64,000 bases of DNA from an uncultured Gemmatimonadales bacterium (GTDB lineage: Bacteria > Gemmatimonadota > Gemmatimonadetes > Gemmatimonadales > GWC2-71-9), in contig CAVUAK010000001.1 in the NCBI GenBank assembly GCA_963739455.1, positions 2,048,001 through 2,112,000 of the forward strand. The letters run 5' to 3'. Position 1 is the first letter of the stretch. Every line of letters begins with the position of its first letter. This document shows, in pieces, positions 19,885-32,072 of this stretch. The notes under the pieces were generated by a model. It did no database searches. It was not told the DNA's origin and saw nothing but the letters and a program-made list of their open reading frames with translations. The translations under genes and the position numbers were made by a program.

Positions 19885-20907
19885 GCGCAGTACCCTCCCG
19901 ACTTGCTCCCACTCAATCAGGAATGCATCGTGACCGTACGGGGATGAAATTTCCTCGTACCTGGCGTTGACGCCCGCCGCTTCATAGGCGCCTACCCATC
20001 CCCGCACTTCGCCGGAGTAGTACAGGATGTCGGTGTCGATCCCGACGCCCACCACCTCGCCAACGCGCTCCCGGGTGCGTGCCCCCGCGCCTGCGAGGTC
20101 GCCGAGGTCGTGCGCATCCATGGCGCCCATGAGCGCCACATAGCTCCGGGCGTCGAAACGCTCCACCAGCTTCTCACCCTGGCGCCGCAGGTAGTGCTCC
20201 ACGTCGTACTGCGCGCGATCACGGGTCGAGCCACGGCCGAAACGCTCATCGAACTCGATAGCTGAGCGATAGGTGATCATGGCAATGGCGCGCGCCGCCG
20301 CGAGCCCGTCCGCCGGCCCGGCACCAGCGGCGAAGTGCCCGCCCTGCCAGCGCCTGTCAGCCTCGATTGCCATGCGCTGCGCCGTGTTCCAGGCAATGGA
20401 CTGCGCGCTGGTGACAGCGGGCGCGGCGAACACCACGAGACGGTCGACCGCCACGGGCGACAGGGTGCCGAACGCGAGCGCCACCATTCCCCCGAGTGAC
20501 CCACCGGTTACCAGCGAGAGCCGGTCGACGCCGAGGTGTTCCAGCAGGGGGATATGGGCACGCGCCATGTCCTCCGGAGTCAGCGCGGGAAATGGCGTTC
20601 CGTTGGTGTCCGCGGGCCCAATCGATCCGTAGCAGCTGCCGGGAAGGTTCGCCGCGATGATGGCGTGACGAGTGGTGTCGAGCGGGGCGCCCGGGCCCAG
20701 CAACGGCCCCCACCAGGCATCGACGTCGGGACTGCCCGTGAGGGCGTGGAATACCAGGATCCAGCCATTGCGCGCGGCGGCCGCCGTGTCGCCGAAGACA
20801 CGGTAGCCGAGCCACGCGTCGCGCAGCACCTCGCCTCGCGAGGTGCGGAAATCTCCCAGCGAGAGCCGTTCACTCAGGGCGGTGAGCGGCTGGCCGGGGT
20901 CGGTCAC
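19876..20907 (-). CDS. metX: Homoserine O-acetyltransferase
   Basis: HALTGS, GGSLGGM, ARAIAMITYRS, GHDAFL. Confidence 0.88.
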   Translation of the reverse strand: MTDPGQPLTALSERLSLGDFRTSRGEVLRDAWLGYRVFGDTAAAARNGWILVFHALTGSPDVDAWWGPLLGPGAPLDTTRHAIIAANLPGSCYGSIGPADTNGTPFPALTPEDMARAHIPLLEHLGVDRLSLVTGGSLGGMVALAFGTLSPVAVDRLVVFAAPAVTSAQSIAWNTAQRMAIEADRRWQGGHFAAGAGPADGLAAARAIAMITYRSAIEFDERFGRGSTRDRAQYDVEHYLRRQGEKLVERFDARSYVALMGAMDAHDLGDLAGAGARTRERVGEVVGVGIDTDILYYSGEVRGWVGAYEAAGVNARYEEISSPYGHDAFLIEWEQVGRVLRSA

Positions 20908-20926
20908 GGCGTACACTCGCTGCGCA

Positions 20927-21442
20927 TCACGCGACGGTGGCGGCGTCCGGGACTGACACCTCGGTGACCCGCCCATTGTGCACGTCATACACAAAGCCGC
21001 GGATCGAGACGCCCTCGAGCAGCAACGGCGACTCACGCAGGAACAGCACGTCGTCGACCACGCTCTGCTCGAGGTCGGGGAACGGCTGGAAGTCGATGGC
21101 AGAGGCATCGGCGCCCAGTTCGGCGCGCACCTTTGCCTGCAGCTGCTCGTTGGTGAACGTGAGCATGCCGCACTCCGTGTGATGGATCACGACGATCTCG
21201 CGGGTGCCGAGCAGCTGCTGGGAGATGACCAGCGAGCGAAGGGCGTCACGAGCGAGCCCCCCGGCATTGCGGATGACGTGCGCGTCGCCTTCTTCCAGGC
21301 CGAGTGCCCTGGACGGGATGAGCCGCGCATCCATGCAGGTGACGATCGCGACCTTTCGCGCTGGCGGCAGCGCCAAGTCGCCCTTGGTGAAGCCGGCCGC
21401 GTAGCGGGCGTTCGCGGCAACGAGTTCTTCGGTGACGGGCAT
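20927..21442 (-). CDS. Beta-carbonic anhydrase, clade D (Rv1284/COS-hydrolase-like)
   Basis: TCMDARL, IRNAGG, IHHTECGM. Confidence 0.85.
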   Translation of the reverse strand: MPVTEELVAANARYAAGFTKGDLALPPARKVAIVTCMDARLIPSRALGLEEGDAHVIRNAGGLARDALRSLVISQQLLGTREIVVIHHTECGMLTFTNEQLQAKVRAELGADASAIDFQPFPDLEQSVVDDVLFLRESPLLLEGVSIRGFVYDVHNGRVTEVSVPDAATVA

Positions 21443-21451
21443 GTGAGCCTC

Positions 21452-22850
<1,399 letters not shown>

Positions 22851-22872
22851 CGGGATGTCTGGAAGCGGCGAC

Positions 22873-22971
22873 CTAGGGTCGGCGGCTCTCCATCGCATGC
22901 GCCATGACGTCCGTCCACTCGTTCATCGAGCGACAGGTACACATCTGGTGGCACATGCAAATTCGCTTCAT
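22873..22971 (-). CDS. Met/Cys-rich leader peptide MKRICMCHQMCTCRSMNEWTDVMAHAMESRRP
   Basis: 32 codons with 6 Met and 4 Cys, directly upstream of terminator and metY; contains anti-terminator segment GAGTGGAC. Confidence 0.75.
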   Translation of the reverse strand: MKRICMCHQMCTCRSMNEWTDVMAHAMESRRP

Positions 22972-22976
22972 GACCC

Positions 22977-23006
22977 ACGCTACCAGCGGACCGGGGGGTC
23001 TGTCAA
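22977..23006 (-). promoter_or_regulatory. Sigma70 promoter for met operon (leaderless start)
   Basis: TTGACA (23006-23001), 18-nt spacer, TGnTAGCGT extended -10 (22982-22977), 5 nt before leader ATG. Confidence 0.65.
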
Positions 23007-23007
23007 T

Positions 23008-23065
23008 GGCGGGGAGGGCGGGGAAGCCGGGGAGGTGCATCCCCGGCCTCCCCGCCCTCCCCGCC
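23008..23065. repeat. Long GC-rich palindrome of 9-bp units between divergent genes
   Basis: GGCGGGGAGGGCGGGGAAGCCGGGGA…TCCCCGGCCTCCCCGCCCTCCCCGCC. Confidence 0.7.
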
Positions 23066-23101
23066 TTCGTTAGACTTACGCATCACTCTCAAACCAGACC
23101 A

Positions 23102-23605
23102 ATGGCTGCTACCAGTTCCTTCGACATCTCGACCGGCGCCGACCTCCAGGAAGTGGACAATGCCGTCAACCAGACGGTGAAGGAGATCACCCAGCGATAT
23201 GACTTCAAGGGCACCAAGTGCACGGTCGACTTCGATCGCGAGAAGGCCGAGATCCGGCTGGCGGCCGACGACCAGTTCCGGATGGACGCCCTGGTGGACG
23301 TGCTGCAGACCAAGATGATCAAGCGCGGTGTCCCGGTGAAGAACCTCACGGTGGGCGATGTCGTGGCCGGCAGTGGTGAATCGGTGCGACGGACCGTGAC
23401 CCTGACCCAGGCCATTGCCACTGACATTGCCAAGAAGATCACCAAGGCCATCAAGGAGCAGGGGTTCAAGAAGGTCCAGTCGAGCATCCAGGGCGATGAG
23501 GTTCGGGTCTCGAGCCCGTCGCGCGATGAGCTCCAGCTGGTAATGGCGTTCCTGCGGGGCGAGGACTTCGGGATCGAGCTCAAGTTTGGCAATTACCGCG
23601 GCTAA
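23102..23605 (+). CDS. yajQ: YajQ family nucleotide/c-di-GMP-binding protein
   Basis: SFDIS…QEVDNAVNQ…RYDFKG…IQGDEVRVS…NYR. Confidence 0.93.
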   Translation: MAATSSFDISTGADLQEVDNAVNQTVKEITQRYDFKGTKCTVDFDREKAEIRLAADDQFRMDALVDVLQTKMIKRGVPVKNLTVGDVVAGSGESVRRTVTLTQAIATDIAKKITKAIKEQGFKKVQSSIQGDEVRVSSPSRDELQLVMAFLRGEDFGIELKFGNYRG

Positions 23606-24851
23606 GCGGCGGGTGCTCGTCGCGTCGCTGCTGCTCGCGGCCGCGGCGTGCATTCGTAGTGAAGTGTCGGTGCCGACCGCCCCGGCAGCGGACGGCAGCA
23701 CGGGGGCCGAGCCTTCGCTCCGGCTTGGTCTCGTAACGGGGGCTGCGTCGCTCGAGATCGGCGGCTCGGCCGGGATTACCGTCACCGGGGCCGACCGGGC
23801 CCTGGTGGCGCGACTGGCGCCGGGCATCATCGCGAAGGCGACACCGAAGCCTGGCAAGGTGCTCCTGAGCGGCGCTGGCCCCGGCTCCCGGGCAGAAGCG
23901 GCGACCCTGGTGTTGCGCGCGGAGCCCGGCGGGCTCGTACGAGTGAATGGGCGCGACTACCGGGGCGACGTCGTGCTTCTTCGCGACAACACCGGCCTGA
24001 CGGCGATCAACCGTGTGGGCATCGAGGACTATCTCGCCGGCGTGGTGAGCGCGGAGTCGGGCATCAAGGATCCGGCCGACGTCGAGGCGCTGCGCGCGCA
24101 GACAATTGTTGCCCGCACCTATGCGCTCAGGAATGTCGGCCGGCGTGAGGCCCTCGGGTTCGATCTCTACGCCAGCGTCGAGGACCAGGTCTATGGCGGC
24201 GTGGGCGCGGAGACGGCGCTGGGCCGTGAGGCGGTGGCGTTTACCAGGGGCCAGGTGGTCACCTATCAGGGCGAGCTGATCGACGCGTTCTATTCCTCCA
24301 CCTGCGGCGGGCGCACCTCGATCGGCACCGAGATTTTCAAGGGAGCCAACCGGCCCTACCTCCGTTCCATCGACGATGCACCGAGGGGTGGGCCGGCGTA
24401 CTGCAGCATCTCCCCGCGCTTCACGTGGCGTGAGGAGTGGAGTGGGGACGTGCTGCGGGCCACGCTGCGGAAGACCTTGCCGGTGGTGGCGCAGGTGCCC
24501 GGAGCCGAGGCGGAGGGGCTGCGGAGCCTCTCAGTGCATGGCCGTACTGTGTCGGGGCGGGTGGAGACACTCGACATCGTGCTGAAGCAGCGCACCGTAT
24601 CCGTGGCGGGCCCGCAGGTACGGCAGGTCCTCCGCCTGCCCGACGGCCAGCTCCTGAGGAGTGCGCTGTTCACGATGAACACGCAGACGAAGGGCGGGAA
24701 GGTGCATGGCATCGTCCTTGATGGCCATGGTTCGGGCCACGGAGTCGGGCTGTGCCAGTGGGGAGCCATCGGCCGGGCCCGTGCGGGGCAGAAGGCGTCG
24801 GAGATCATCACCGCGTATTACGCAGGAACCACGATCGTCCGGCGCTACTGA
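23586..24851 (+). CDS. SpoIID/LytB domain lipoprotein (lytic transglycosylase)
   Basis: EDYLAGVVSAE, ALRAQTIVARTYA, DQVYGG, GHGVGLCQWGA; start uncertain. Confidence 0.88.
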   Translation: MAITAAKRRVLVASLLLAAAACIRSEVSVPTAPAADGSTGAEPSLRLGLVTGAASLEIGGSAGITVTGADRALVARLAPGIIAKATPKPGKVLLSGAGPGSRAEAATLVLRAEPGGLVRVNGRDYRGDVVLLRDNTGLTAINRVGIEDYLAGVVSAESGIKDPADVEALRAQTIVARTYALRNVGRREALGFDLYASVEDQVYGGVGAETALGREAVAFTRGQVVTYQGELIDAFYSSTCGGRTSIGTEIFKGANRPYLRSIDDAPRGGPAYCSISPRFTWREEWSGDVLRATLRKTLPVVAQVPGAEAEGLRSLSVHGRTVSGRVETLDIVLKQRTVSVAGPQVRQVLRLPDGQLLRSALFTMNTQTKGGKVHGIVLDGHGSGHGVGLCQWGAIGRARAGQKASEIITAYYAGTTIVRRY

Positions 24852-24881
24852 GCGCCGGACGAGACAGCAGGGGGTGAGGTC

Positions 24882-25893
24882 ATGAGCGATCCGCTTCGGC
24901 TCGCGATCATTGGCGCAGGCGCGGTGACACAGGTGGCACACCTGCCGGTGCTCAAGCGCACCAAGGGCGTGGAGGTGGTGGCACTCGCCGATCCCGGACC
25001 GTCCCAAGGCGCGGGCCCTGGCCGACCGGTTCGGCATTCCGGATGCGTTCGAGGGCATCGAACAGGTTCTCGACTACGAATCACTCGATGCGCTGGTGAT
25101 CTGCTCCCCGACCCACCTGCACGAGGGCCACATCCTCGCGGCCCTCGCCGCCAACCTGCACGTCTTCTGCGAGCGGCCACTGGCCATGAACGCGGCGTCC
25201 GCTACCCGGATCGTCAAGGCGGCCGAGAAGAAGAACAAGGTGGTCATGGTCGACATGAACCACCGTTACCGCCCGGACGCGCAACTGGTTCGCAGCTTTG
25301 TGCAGAGCGGCGAGCTCGGACAGGTCGACAGCGTTCGCGGCAGCTGGCACGTCTTCCGGCCGAGCCGGCAGCAGGCGCCCTGGCGCCAGCGACGCGACCA
25401 GTCGGGCGGCGGTGCCCTCCTGGATCTTGGCCTCGCGATGTTCGACCTGGGCCTGTGGCTCGCGGGCAACCCGACGCCGGTCCGTGTCAGCGCCACCTGG
25501 GAGAAGCCGTCCCGCGACCGCGGGGTGGAGCGCTCCGGCTCCGCGTTCGTCGTCTGCGAGAATGGCGCCTCCATCTTCTTCGACGTCACCTGGCATCACC
25601 TGGGCGAAGGCGAGCGCTTCGGCATGGGCCTGCGCGCGGAGCGTGGTGCCGCCTCGATCAATCCGCTCACGGTGTGGAAGGAACTGCATGGGGTGGCGAC
25701 GGATGTGTCACCCACGACATCGACCAGCCGGGAGAACGCGTGGCTCTCGTCGCACCGTGCCGAATGGGCCCACTTCCTTGCCGTTGTGGCGGGACGCGCG
25801 AAGGGAACCAACCTGGGCGAGCACGTCACGCTGCATCGCGTCATGGACGCGATCTACAAGTCGGCGGAAGACGGTCGCGACGTGGCGCTGTGA
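24882..25893 (+). CDS. Gfo/Idh/MocA oxidoreductase; frameshifted
   Basis: AIIGAGAV Rossmann motif; HVFCERPLA; SGGGALLDLG. Confidence 0.88.
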
Positions 25894-27137
25894 GACTTCG
25901 ATGGGCCGGTGGGCTGTTGCTGCACCTCGCGCTCGCAGGGCAGGCGTCTCCGCAGGAAATTGTGCCCTCGTCGGTACCTGCCGCGGACACCGGGAGCGCG
26001 CTCGCGGCGAGTGTCCTTACCCTCGGGCGTGATGCCGAGGTGTGGGAGCTGTGGGGCCACAACACCATCGTGCTCGCCGATCGCGATGGGCGAACGAGCC
26101 GGTCCTACAACTGGGGACTCTTCGACTTCCGGCAGGAGAACTTCATCCTGCGATTTGCGCGCGGCCAGATGTGGTACTCGATGGGCGCGCATCCCACCAA
26201 TCGCGAGCTGGCCTACTACGCGTCACGCGACCGGACGATGGTGCTCCAGGACCTCGCGCTGACGCCGGCCCAGGCCGCAGCGCTGCAGGCCTTCCTCGAG
26301 TGGAATGACACGCCGGCCAACCGCGGCTACTTCTACAACTACTACCTCGACAACTGCTCTACCCGCGTCCGCGATGCGGTCGATCGCGCGGTGGGAGGGC
26401 AACTCAAGCCGCAGTTCGACACGCTGCCGTCGGGGCACACCTGGCGCTGGGAGACGCGGCGCATCCTCGGCTGGAACCTGCCGCTTTACGTAGTGATCAA
26501 CCTGGCGCTCGGCCAGCCGGTCGACAGGGACATGACGGCGTGGCAGGCGATGTTCCTCCCGCGCCGCGTGATGGAGTATTTCCGGACTGCCCACGTGACC
26601 TCTGCCTCCGGCCAGATACCATTGGTGCGCCGGGAGCAGGAACTGAATCGGAGTTCGCACTTCGTCGACCCCGAGGCACCCAGGGCAACCTGGATTCCGC
26701 TGCTCATGGCCGGTGTGCTGGGAGGCACGCTGTTCCTGCGGCTGGGAATGGCGGCGCGCCAGTCCATCAGGGCCCGTCGCTGGTTTGCGGTACTGGGGTG
26801 TACGTGGTCGTTCGGCGCGGGATTGCTGGGGTCCCTCCTGCTCGCCCTCTGGTTCCTGACGGATCATGTGACGTCCCGGAACAACGAGAACGTCCTGCTG
26901 CTCACCCCCCTTTCACTGCTGCTGGTGGTGCTGCTACCGCGCGCGCTGAAGGGAAGTGCCGGTGCGCTGCGCGCGGCGCGCAGGGTGGCCTCGGTGGTGG
27001 CCGGGCTGGCGCTGCTGGCGCTCCTGATCAAGGTCCTGCCGTGGTTCCGGCAGTACAACCTCGAGTTGATCGCGCTCATCCTGCCGGTGCACGCCGGGCT
27101 TCTGCGGGGACTCACGCGAGCCACCGAACCGGCCTGA
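25890..27137 (+). CDS. DUF4105 (Lnb-like) membrane protein
   Basis: WGHNTI, SYNWGLF, YFYNYYLDNCSTRVRD and C-terminal TM helices. Confidence 0.8.
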   Translation: MRLRWAGGLLLHLALAGQASPQEIVPSSVPAADTGSALAASVLTLGRDAEVWELWGHNTIVLADRDGRTSRSYNWGLFDFRQENFILRFARGQMWYSMGAHPTNRELAYYASRDRTMVLQDLALTPAQAAALQAFLEWNDTPANRGYFYNYYLDNCSTRVRDAVDRAVGGQLKPQFDTLPSGHTWRWETRRILGWNLPLYVVINLALGQPVDRDMTAWQAMFLPRRVMEYFRTAHVTSASGQIPLVRREQELNRSSHFVDPEAPRATWIPLLMAGVLGGTLFLRLGMAARQSIRARRWFAVLGCTWSFGAGLLGSLLLALWFLTDHVTSRNNENVLLLTPLSLLLVVLLPRALKGSAGALRAARRVASVVAGLALLALLIKVLPWFRQYNLELIALILPVHAGLLRGLTRATEPA

Positions 27138-27155
27138 CGCTTGTCACGGTAGTCA

Positions 27156-27821
27156 TCATTTCACGCGGGCCAGTGCGTCCTTCGCCTCGGGAAAGTCAGG
27201 CGCGCTCTGCAGGGCGCGCTCGTAGAGGCTGGCGGCTTTGGCCTTGTTCCCTGCATCCTCGGCCTGCAACCCGAGACTGAAGGCAATCACTGCGGCACCC
27301 GGTACGACCGCGGCACTCACGGGGGCTGGCGGAAGCTTCAACTCCTGCAGGATCCGCTGGGCGATCGTCTGGGTGATCAGGTAGATCTGGTCGCGGTCCT
27401 GCATCTTGGGGTCCTCGTTGGAAAACCCCTTGATGATCGCGCCGGTCTGCGCGTCCACGACGCGCGCGTTCAGCCGGAACTTCCCATAATAGTCGACGAA
27501 GTTGCCCATGATCACGTACCGGGCGCCGACCAGCTTCCCGATCTTCGCTGCCGTCGCGGCATCGATGCGATTCTTGCCGAGCTCCTGGCTGGAGATCGCG
27601 CCCGCGGTGGTGCTCCGTGGCGTGGCACTGCCGCCGGGACTCTGGCCCAGCTCGCTGGCGAGTATCTGCGCGATACCACCGCCCAGTGCGCTGAGGCTCT
27701 CCTGGTCCAGCCCGAAGGACTGCTGGCTCTCGAAGGGTACCACGGCAAAGCTGGACTGCTGGGCCGCCAGCGCGACGGGGCCGAGCGCAAGCGCGAGCAG
27801 GGCGAACGGCAGTCGTGTCAT
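27156..27821 (-). CDS. Secreted CsgG/TolB-N-like domain protein with C-terminal TPR
   Basis: Signal peptide; AAKIGKLVGARYVIMG…LNARVVD; YERALQSAPDFPEA. Confidence 0.7.
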   Translation of the reverse strand: MTRLPFALLALALGPVALAAQQSSFAVVPFESQQSFGLDQESLSALGGGIAQILASELGQSPGGSATPRSTTAGAISSQELGKNRIDAATAAKIGKLVGARYVIMGNFVDYYGKFRLNARVVDAQTGAIIKGFSNEDPKMQDRDQIYLITQTIAQRILQELKLPPAPVSAAVVPGAAVIAFSLGLQAEDAGNKAKAASLYERALQSAPDFPEAKDALARVK

Positions 27822-27833
27822 GGTGACCCGGTG

Positions 27834-28685
27834 CTAGAGATGGAGGACAAGTCCGTCGCGCGCGGAAAGGACTTCGAGTCCCGGCGCGCGCTGAGCGGCG
27901 TGATCCCGGGCTGATGCGAGCATCGCGTCCACGGCATCGTCAGTACGGCCTGGATCGTGATGGAAGAGCACGAGCCGCGCCGCACCGGCCTCAGCGGCGA
28001 GGTCGACCGCCTCGGTGGCGGTGGAATGCCCCCAGCCGCGACGCTTCGGCAGCTCGCTGTCGAGGTACATCGTGTCATGCACGATGGTCCGGGCACCCGA
28101 CAGCCAGGCCCCGAGCTGGTCGCGCCAGGAGGTGGAGAAATGGTGTCCCGGGCCAAGCTCGTTGTCGGTGACATACGCGAAGGCGCCCATGCCGGGACGC
28201 TCCATCCGGTACCCGAAGGTCACGCCAGGATGATTCAGCCGAAAGGGCCGTACGGCATACCCTGGCAGGTCGAACGGCTCTGCTGCCGTCTCACGCACCC
28301 GTGGCGGCTCCGCGAACTGGGCGAAAGGGACGGGGAACACATCCGCCTCCATCTGGCGCTCGAGTACTGAGGCGAGTGATGAATGTTCGGGGCGCGGGCC
28401 CACGATGGTGAGTGAAGTTCCCTGGTGCCAGAGCGGGGTGAAGAACGGCAACCCCTGGATGTGGTCCCAGTGCGTGTGGGTAATGAGCAACTGCCCACCT
28501 GTCAGGGGCCGGTTGCCGATCGACGCACCAAGGGCGCGAATGCCGGTGCCAGCATCAAGAATCGTGAGGGGCGCTCCCTCCGCCTCGAGCGCGAGGCACG
28601 GCGTGCTGCCGCCGGTGCGTACCGTGGCGGGGCCGGACACCGGGATGCTTCCCCGGGTGCCCCAGAAGGTGAGGGTGACGGTCAC
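27834..28685 (-). CDS. MBL-fold metallo-hydrolase
   Basis: GTRGSIP, LDAGTG, THTHWDHIQG, WGHS, FHHDP. Confidence 0.9.
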   Translation of the reverse strand: MTVTLTFWGTRGSIPVSGPATVRTGGSTPCLALEAEGAPLTILDAGTGIRALGASIGNRPLTGGQLLITHTHWDHIQGLPFFTPLWHQGTSLTIVGPRPEHSSLASVLERQMEADVFPVPFAQFAEPPRVRETAAEPFDLPGYAVRPFRLNHPGVTFGYRMERPGMGAFAYVTDNELGPGHHFSTSWRDQLGAWLSGARTIVHDTMYLDSELPKRRGWGHSTATEAVDLAAEAGAARLVLFHHDPGRTDDAVDAMLASARDHAAQRAPGLEVLSARDGLVLHL

Positions 28686-28695
28686 GGCGCCGCCG

Positions 28696-29373
28696 CTAGA
28701 CCCGGCGCGCCGCTTGGGCGAGCGTCGCGCGGTCGCGCAGCAGGATTTCCTTCCGGCTCACGTCGATGACTTCATGCTCGACGAGGTTGCGCAGGGTGCG
28801 CGAGACGGTTTCGCGGCTCGCGCCGATCATCTGGGCAATGGTGTGATGCGTCAGGCGTCGGGTGATGCGGTCGCCGCCCTCCTCTGCCGCCATGGTCAGC
28901 AGCAGGCTCGCGACCCGGCCGTTGACGTCCAGGAGTACCAGGCGCCCGATCTGCTCGTCGGCGCGACGGAGGCGCCGCGAGAGTTCGCGCAGGAGCGCCA
29001 CGCTGACCCCGGGTGAGGTACGCAACTGCGCCTGGAAGTCCTCGCGCCGGAGGGCGAGCAGCCGGCTGTCCTCCATGGCGATGACGTGGGCAGACCGCGG
29101 CTCGTCGTCGAGCACGCTCATCTCGCCGAAGAAATCACCGCCCCGGAGCACCGACAGGATGACCTCGCGACCGTCCTCGGCGACCAGCACCACCTTGACC
29201 TGGCCATCCGCCACCACATAGAGGGCGTCGCCCGGGTCGTCGCGGAACACGATGACGGCGCCCTTCGGGTAGCGGCGCTCGCGGACCAGGCCGGCGAACG
29301 CCGCCAGGTCGGATTCGGCCAGGCCGCTGAACAGCGGGACGCGGCGCAGGATGTGGATGGCAGGAAGGTTCAC
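28696..29373 (-). CDS. Crp/Fnr family transcriptional regulator
   Basis: FFGEMS…PRSA cNMP domain; HTH ASRETVSR. Confidence 0.92.
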   Translation of the reverse strand: MNLPAIHILRRVPLFSGLAESDLAAFAGLVRERRYPKGAVIVFRDDPGDALYVVADGQVKVVLVAEDGREVILSVLRGGDFFGEMSVLDDEPRSAHVIAMEDSRLLALRREDFQAQLRTSPGVSVALLRELSRRLRRADEQIGRLVLLDVNGRVASLLLTMAAEEGGDRITRRLTHHTIAQMIGASRETVSRTLRNLVEHEVIDVSRKEILLRDRATLAQAARRV

Positions 29374-29567
29374 AGCGGGGTCCGGAGAATGGTCATGGAG
29401 GTTACCTGAGGTTGGAGGAGCAAGTCAAAGGGTTCGCCATGCCTGGCTTGCTCTCGGAGTCTTAGCTCGTTATACTCCAAGGCTTTACAAAACCACGCCC
29501 CACTCAAAATGGCGCCCGGTGATTACACCCGGTGCCTTGCAGGGGCCGCAGTCCAAGGAGAAGTCCC

Positions 29568-29813
29568 ATGAAGTCCGATCTGCATCCGATGTACAACACG
29601 CTCACCGTCATCTGTGCGTGCGGCAACTCCTTCGAAACGCGTTCGACGTCCTCGTCGATCCATGTCGAAGTGTGCTCCCAGTGCCACCCGTACTACACGG
29701 GCAAGCAGCGTCTTCTGGATACCGCCGGGCGAGTGGATCGCTTCCGCCGGAAGTACAACAAGCCGGCCGAGAAGGCTGCCGAACAGCCGGCCGACGCGGT
29801 CGCCAAGGTCTGA
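29568..29813 (+). CDS. rpmE: 50S ribosomal protein L31 (Zn-binding type)
   Basis: CACGN…[12 protein letters not shown]…GRVDRF. Confidence 0.95.
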   Translation: MKSDLHPMYNTLTVICACGNSFETRSTSSSIHVEVCSQCHPYYTGKQRLLDTAGRVDRFRRKYNKPAEKAAEQPADAVAKV

Positions 29814-29816
29814 TTC

Positions 29817-30875
29817 ATGGACGCACGACTCCGCGCCGCGCTCGCGCGGGCCGCGGAAGTCGCGCGTGAGTTGTCCGGTCCGGAGGTCGGCAGGGATACG
29901 GCGCGCCTCCAGGAACTGGGAAGGGAACACTCGAGACTCGAGCCGGTCGTGCGCACGCACGACCGGCTTGTGCGTCTTCAGGAGGAGCTCGCGCAAGCGC
30001 GTGAAATGGCATCGGAGCCCGACGCCGAGCTGGCCGCCATGGCACGCGCGGACGTGGACGACCTCGAGCCCAAGGTGGCGAAGCTGGAGGCGGAGATCGC
30101 CGAGCTGCTGGTACCGCGCGATCCCCTCGACGACCGTGATGCCATCCTGGAAATCCGCGCCGGCACCGGCGGTGATGAGGCGGGCATCTTTGCCGGCGAC
30201 CTGGTGCGGCTGTACCGGCGCTTCGCCGAGCGGCGGCGTCTTACGGTCGACCCGATCTCCGTCAGTGAAGGTGGCATGGGCGGGGTGAAGGAAGCGATCC
30301 TCGCCATCCGCGGACCCGATGCCTTCGGCCTGCTGCGCCGCGAGTCGGGTGTGCACCGGGTGCAGCGCGTGCCGGCGACGGAGACACAGGGCCGCATCCA
30401 CACCTCCGCGGCCACGGTGGCGGTGCTGCCCGAAGCCGAAGAGATCGACGTGCAGATCAACCCGCAGGACCTGCGGATCGACGTCTTCCGGTCGTCCGGC
30501 CCCGGGGGGCAGAGCGTGAACACCACCGACAGCGCGGTGCGCATCACGCACCTGCCCTCCGGCCTCGTCGTATCGCAGCAGGACCAGAAGTCCCAGTTGC
30601 AGAACAAGCTCAAGGCGATGGAAGTGCTGCGTGCCCGGCTGCTCGATCGCAAGATTGCGGAGCAGGAGGCTGCTCGGTCATCGGAGCGCAAGGCGATGGT
30701 CGGCACCGGCGACCGGTCGGCCAAGATCCGCACCTACAACTTTCCCCAGAGCCGCGTCACCGATCATCGCATCAACCTGTCGGTGCACAACCTGCCCGAT
30801 GTCATGGACGGGAAGATTGACGAGTTGATCGAGGCGCTTCGCCTGGCGAGCCGGGAGGAGCAGGGACGTGACTGA
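29817..30875 (+). CDS. prfA: Peptide chain release factor 1
   Basis: [26 protein letters not shown]. Confidence 0.96.
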   Translation: MDARLRAALARAAEVARELSGPEVGRDTARLQELGREHSRLEPVVRTHDRLVRLQEELAQAREMASEPDAELAAMARADVDDLEPKVAKLEAEIAELLVPRDPLDDRDAILEIRAGTGGDEAGIFAGDLVRLYRRFAERRRLTVDPISVSEGGMGGVKEAILAIRGPDAFGLLRRESGVHRVQRVPATETQGRIHTSAATVAVLPEAEEIDVQINPQDLRIDVFRSSGPGGQSVNTTDSAVRITHLPSGLVVSQQDQKSQLQNKLKAMEVLRARLLDRKIAEQEAARSSERKAMVGTGDRSAKIRTYNFPQSRVTDHRINLSVHNLPDVMDGKIDELIEALRLASREEQGRD

Positions 30876-31722
30876 GGCCGAGGTACTGCTGGGCGACCTC
30901 GTCGCCGATGCCGGCCGAATCCTCTCGGCGGGACGCATTCCCGAGGCGCGGCGGGAGGCACTGCGCCTCTGGTCCGACCTGGTGGAGGCGTCGCCCGCCG
31001 ATGCGATCCTTGGCCGGCGCACCCCGGTGTCGGCCGAGCAGGTTGCCGCGTTCCTGACCGCCGTCGAGCGACGGGCAGGCGGCGAGCCGCTGGCCTATGT
31101 TTCCGGCTGGGCGGGGTTCCGTCGCCTCACCCTGCAGGTGGACCGGCGCGTGCTCATTCCACGGCCGGAGACCGAGGGGCTGGTGGACCTGGTGCTGTCA
31201 CGCGGGCCGCGGGGTACCGTGGCGGACGCCTGTACTGGCAGCGGGTGCATCGCGCTGGGCCTGGCTGACGAGGGTCACTACGATCGCGTACTGGGCGTGG
31301 ACCTGAGCAGGGAGGCGCTCGCACTGGCGGCGAGCAACGTGCGCCGCAGCGGCCTGGCGGTGACGATGGTGCAGGGCGACCTCACGTCCCCCCTGGCCAC
31401 GGCATCGATCGACGTGCTCGTGGCGAACCCGCCGTACATCGCGGCCGCCGAGTATGCGGCACTCGACGCATCGGTGCGCGACTGGGAGCCGGCGATGGCG
31501 CTCGAGAGCGGTGCCGATGGCCTCGACGCGACGCGACGGCTGCTGGACGATGGCCGGCGCGTGGTATCGCCCGGCGGACTGATTGCGCTCGAAATCGATG
31601 CATCGCGCGCGGACGCGACGGCCCTGGTAGCCCGCGCGCATGGCTGGCAGCATGTCATGATCCACCACGACCTATTTGGCCGCGAGCGCTACCTGCTCGC
31701 GCAGAGGAGCGAGATCCCGTGA
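30868..31722 (+). CDS. prmC: Release factor glutamine methyltransferase
   Basis: [19 protein letters not shown]. Confidence 0.94.
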   Translation: MTEAEVLLGDLVADAGRILSAGRIPEARREALRLWSDLVEASPADAILGRRTPVSAEQVAAFLTAVERRAGGEPLAYVSGWAGFRRLTLQVDRRVLIPRPETEGLVDLVLSRGPRGTVADACTGSGCIALGLADEGHYDRVLGVDLSREALALAASNVRRSGLAVTMVQGDLTSPLATASIDVLVANPPYIAAAEYAALDASVRDWEPAMALESGADGLDATRRLLDDGRRVVSPGGLIALEIDASRADATALVARAHGWQHVMIHHDLFGRERYLLAQRSEIP

Positions 31723-32072
31723 TTTCGGACAAGGCGCAGGAACTGGGACGTCTCATCGGCCAGTCGAGCGAGTACCAGGCGCTCCGGCGCTCGGAGCAGG
31801 ACCTCCGCGGCGACGTGGAGACCCAGCAGAAGCTGGATCGTATCTCGACCCTGGCGAAGCAGGTGGACGCCGTCATTGCGCAGGGGCAGATGCCCGACGA
31901 GGCCACGACGCTCGACTACGAGACGGCCGTCCGCGACCTCGAGACGAGCAGCATCGGGCAACGCTACGTCTCCGCGCGCGCCAATTTCGAGAAGCTCATG
32001 GTGAAGGTGAATGAGCAGATCAGCGCCGGCATGGAGAAGGGTGCCACGAGCAGCATCATCACGCTGGGCTGA
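31719..32072 (+). CDS. YlbF/YmcA-like protein
   Basis: KAQELGRLI…SEYQ helical pattern; operon-coupled. Confidence 0.65.
   Translation: MISDKAQELGRLIGQSSEYQALRRSEQDLRGDVETQQKLDRISTLAKQVDAVIAQGQMPDEATTLDYETAVRDLETSSIGQRYVSARANFEKLMVKVNEQISAGMEKGATSSIITLG

Noticed and set aside
24882..27137. 751-aa oxidoreductase-DUF4105 fusion
   Set aside because: Produced by a frameshift near 25000; the two genes have their own GTGA-overlapping stop and start.
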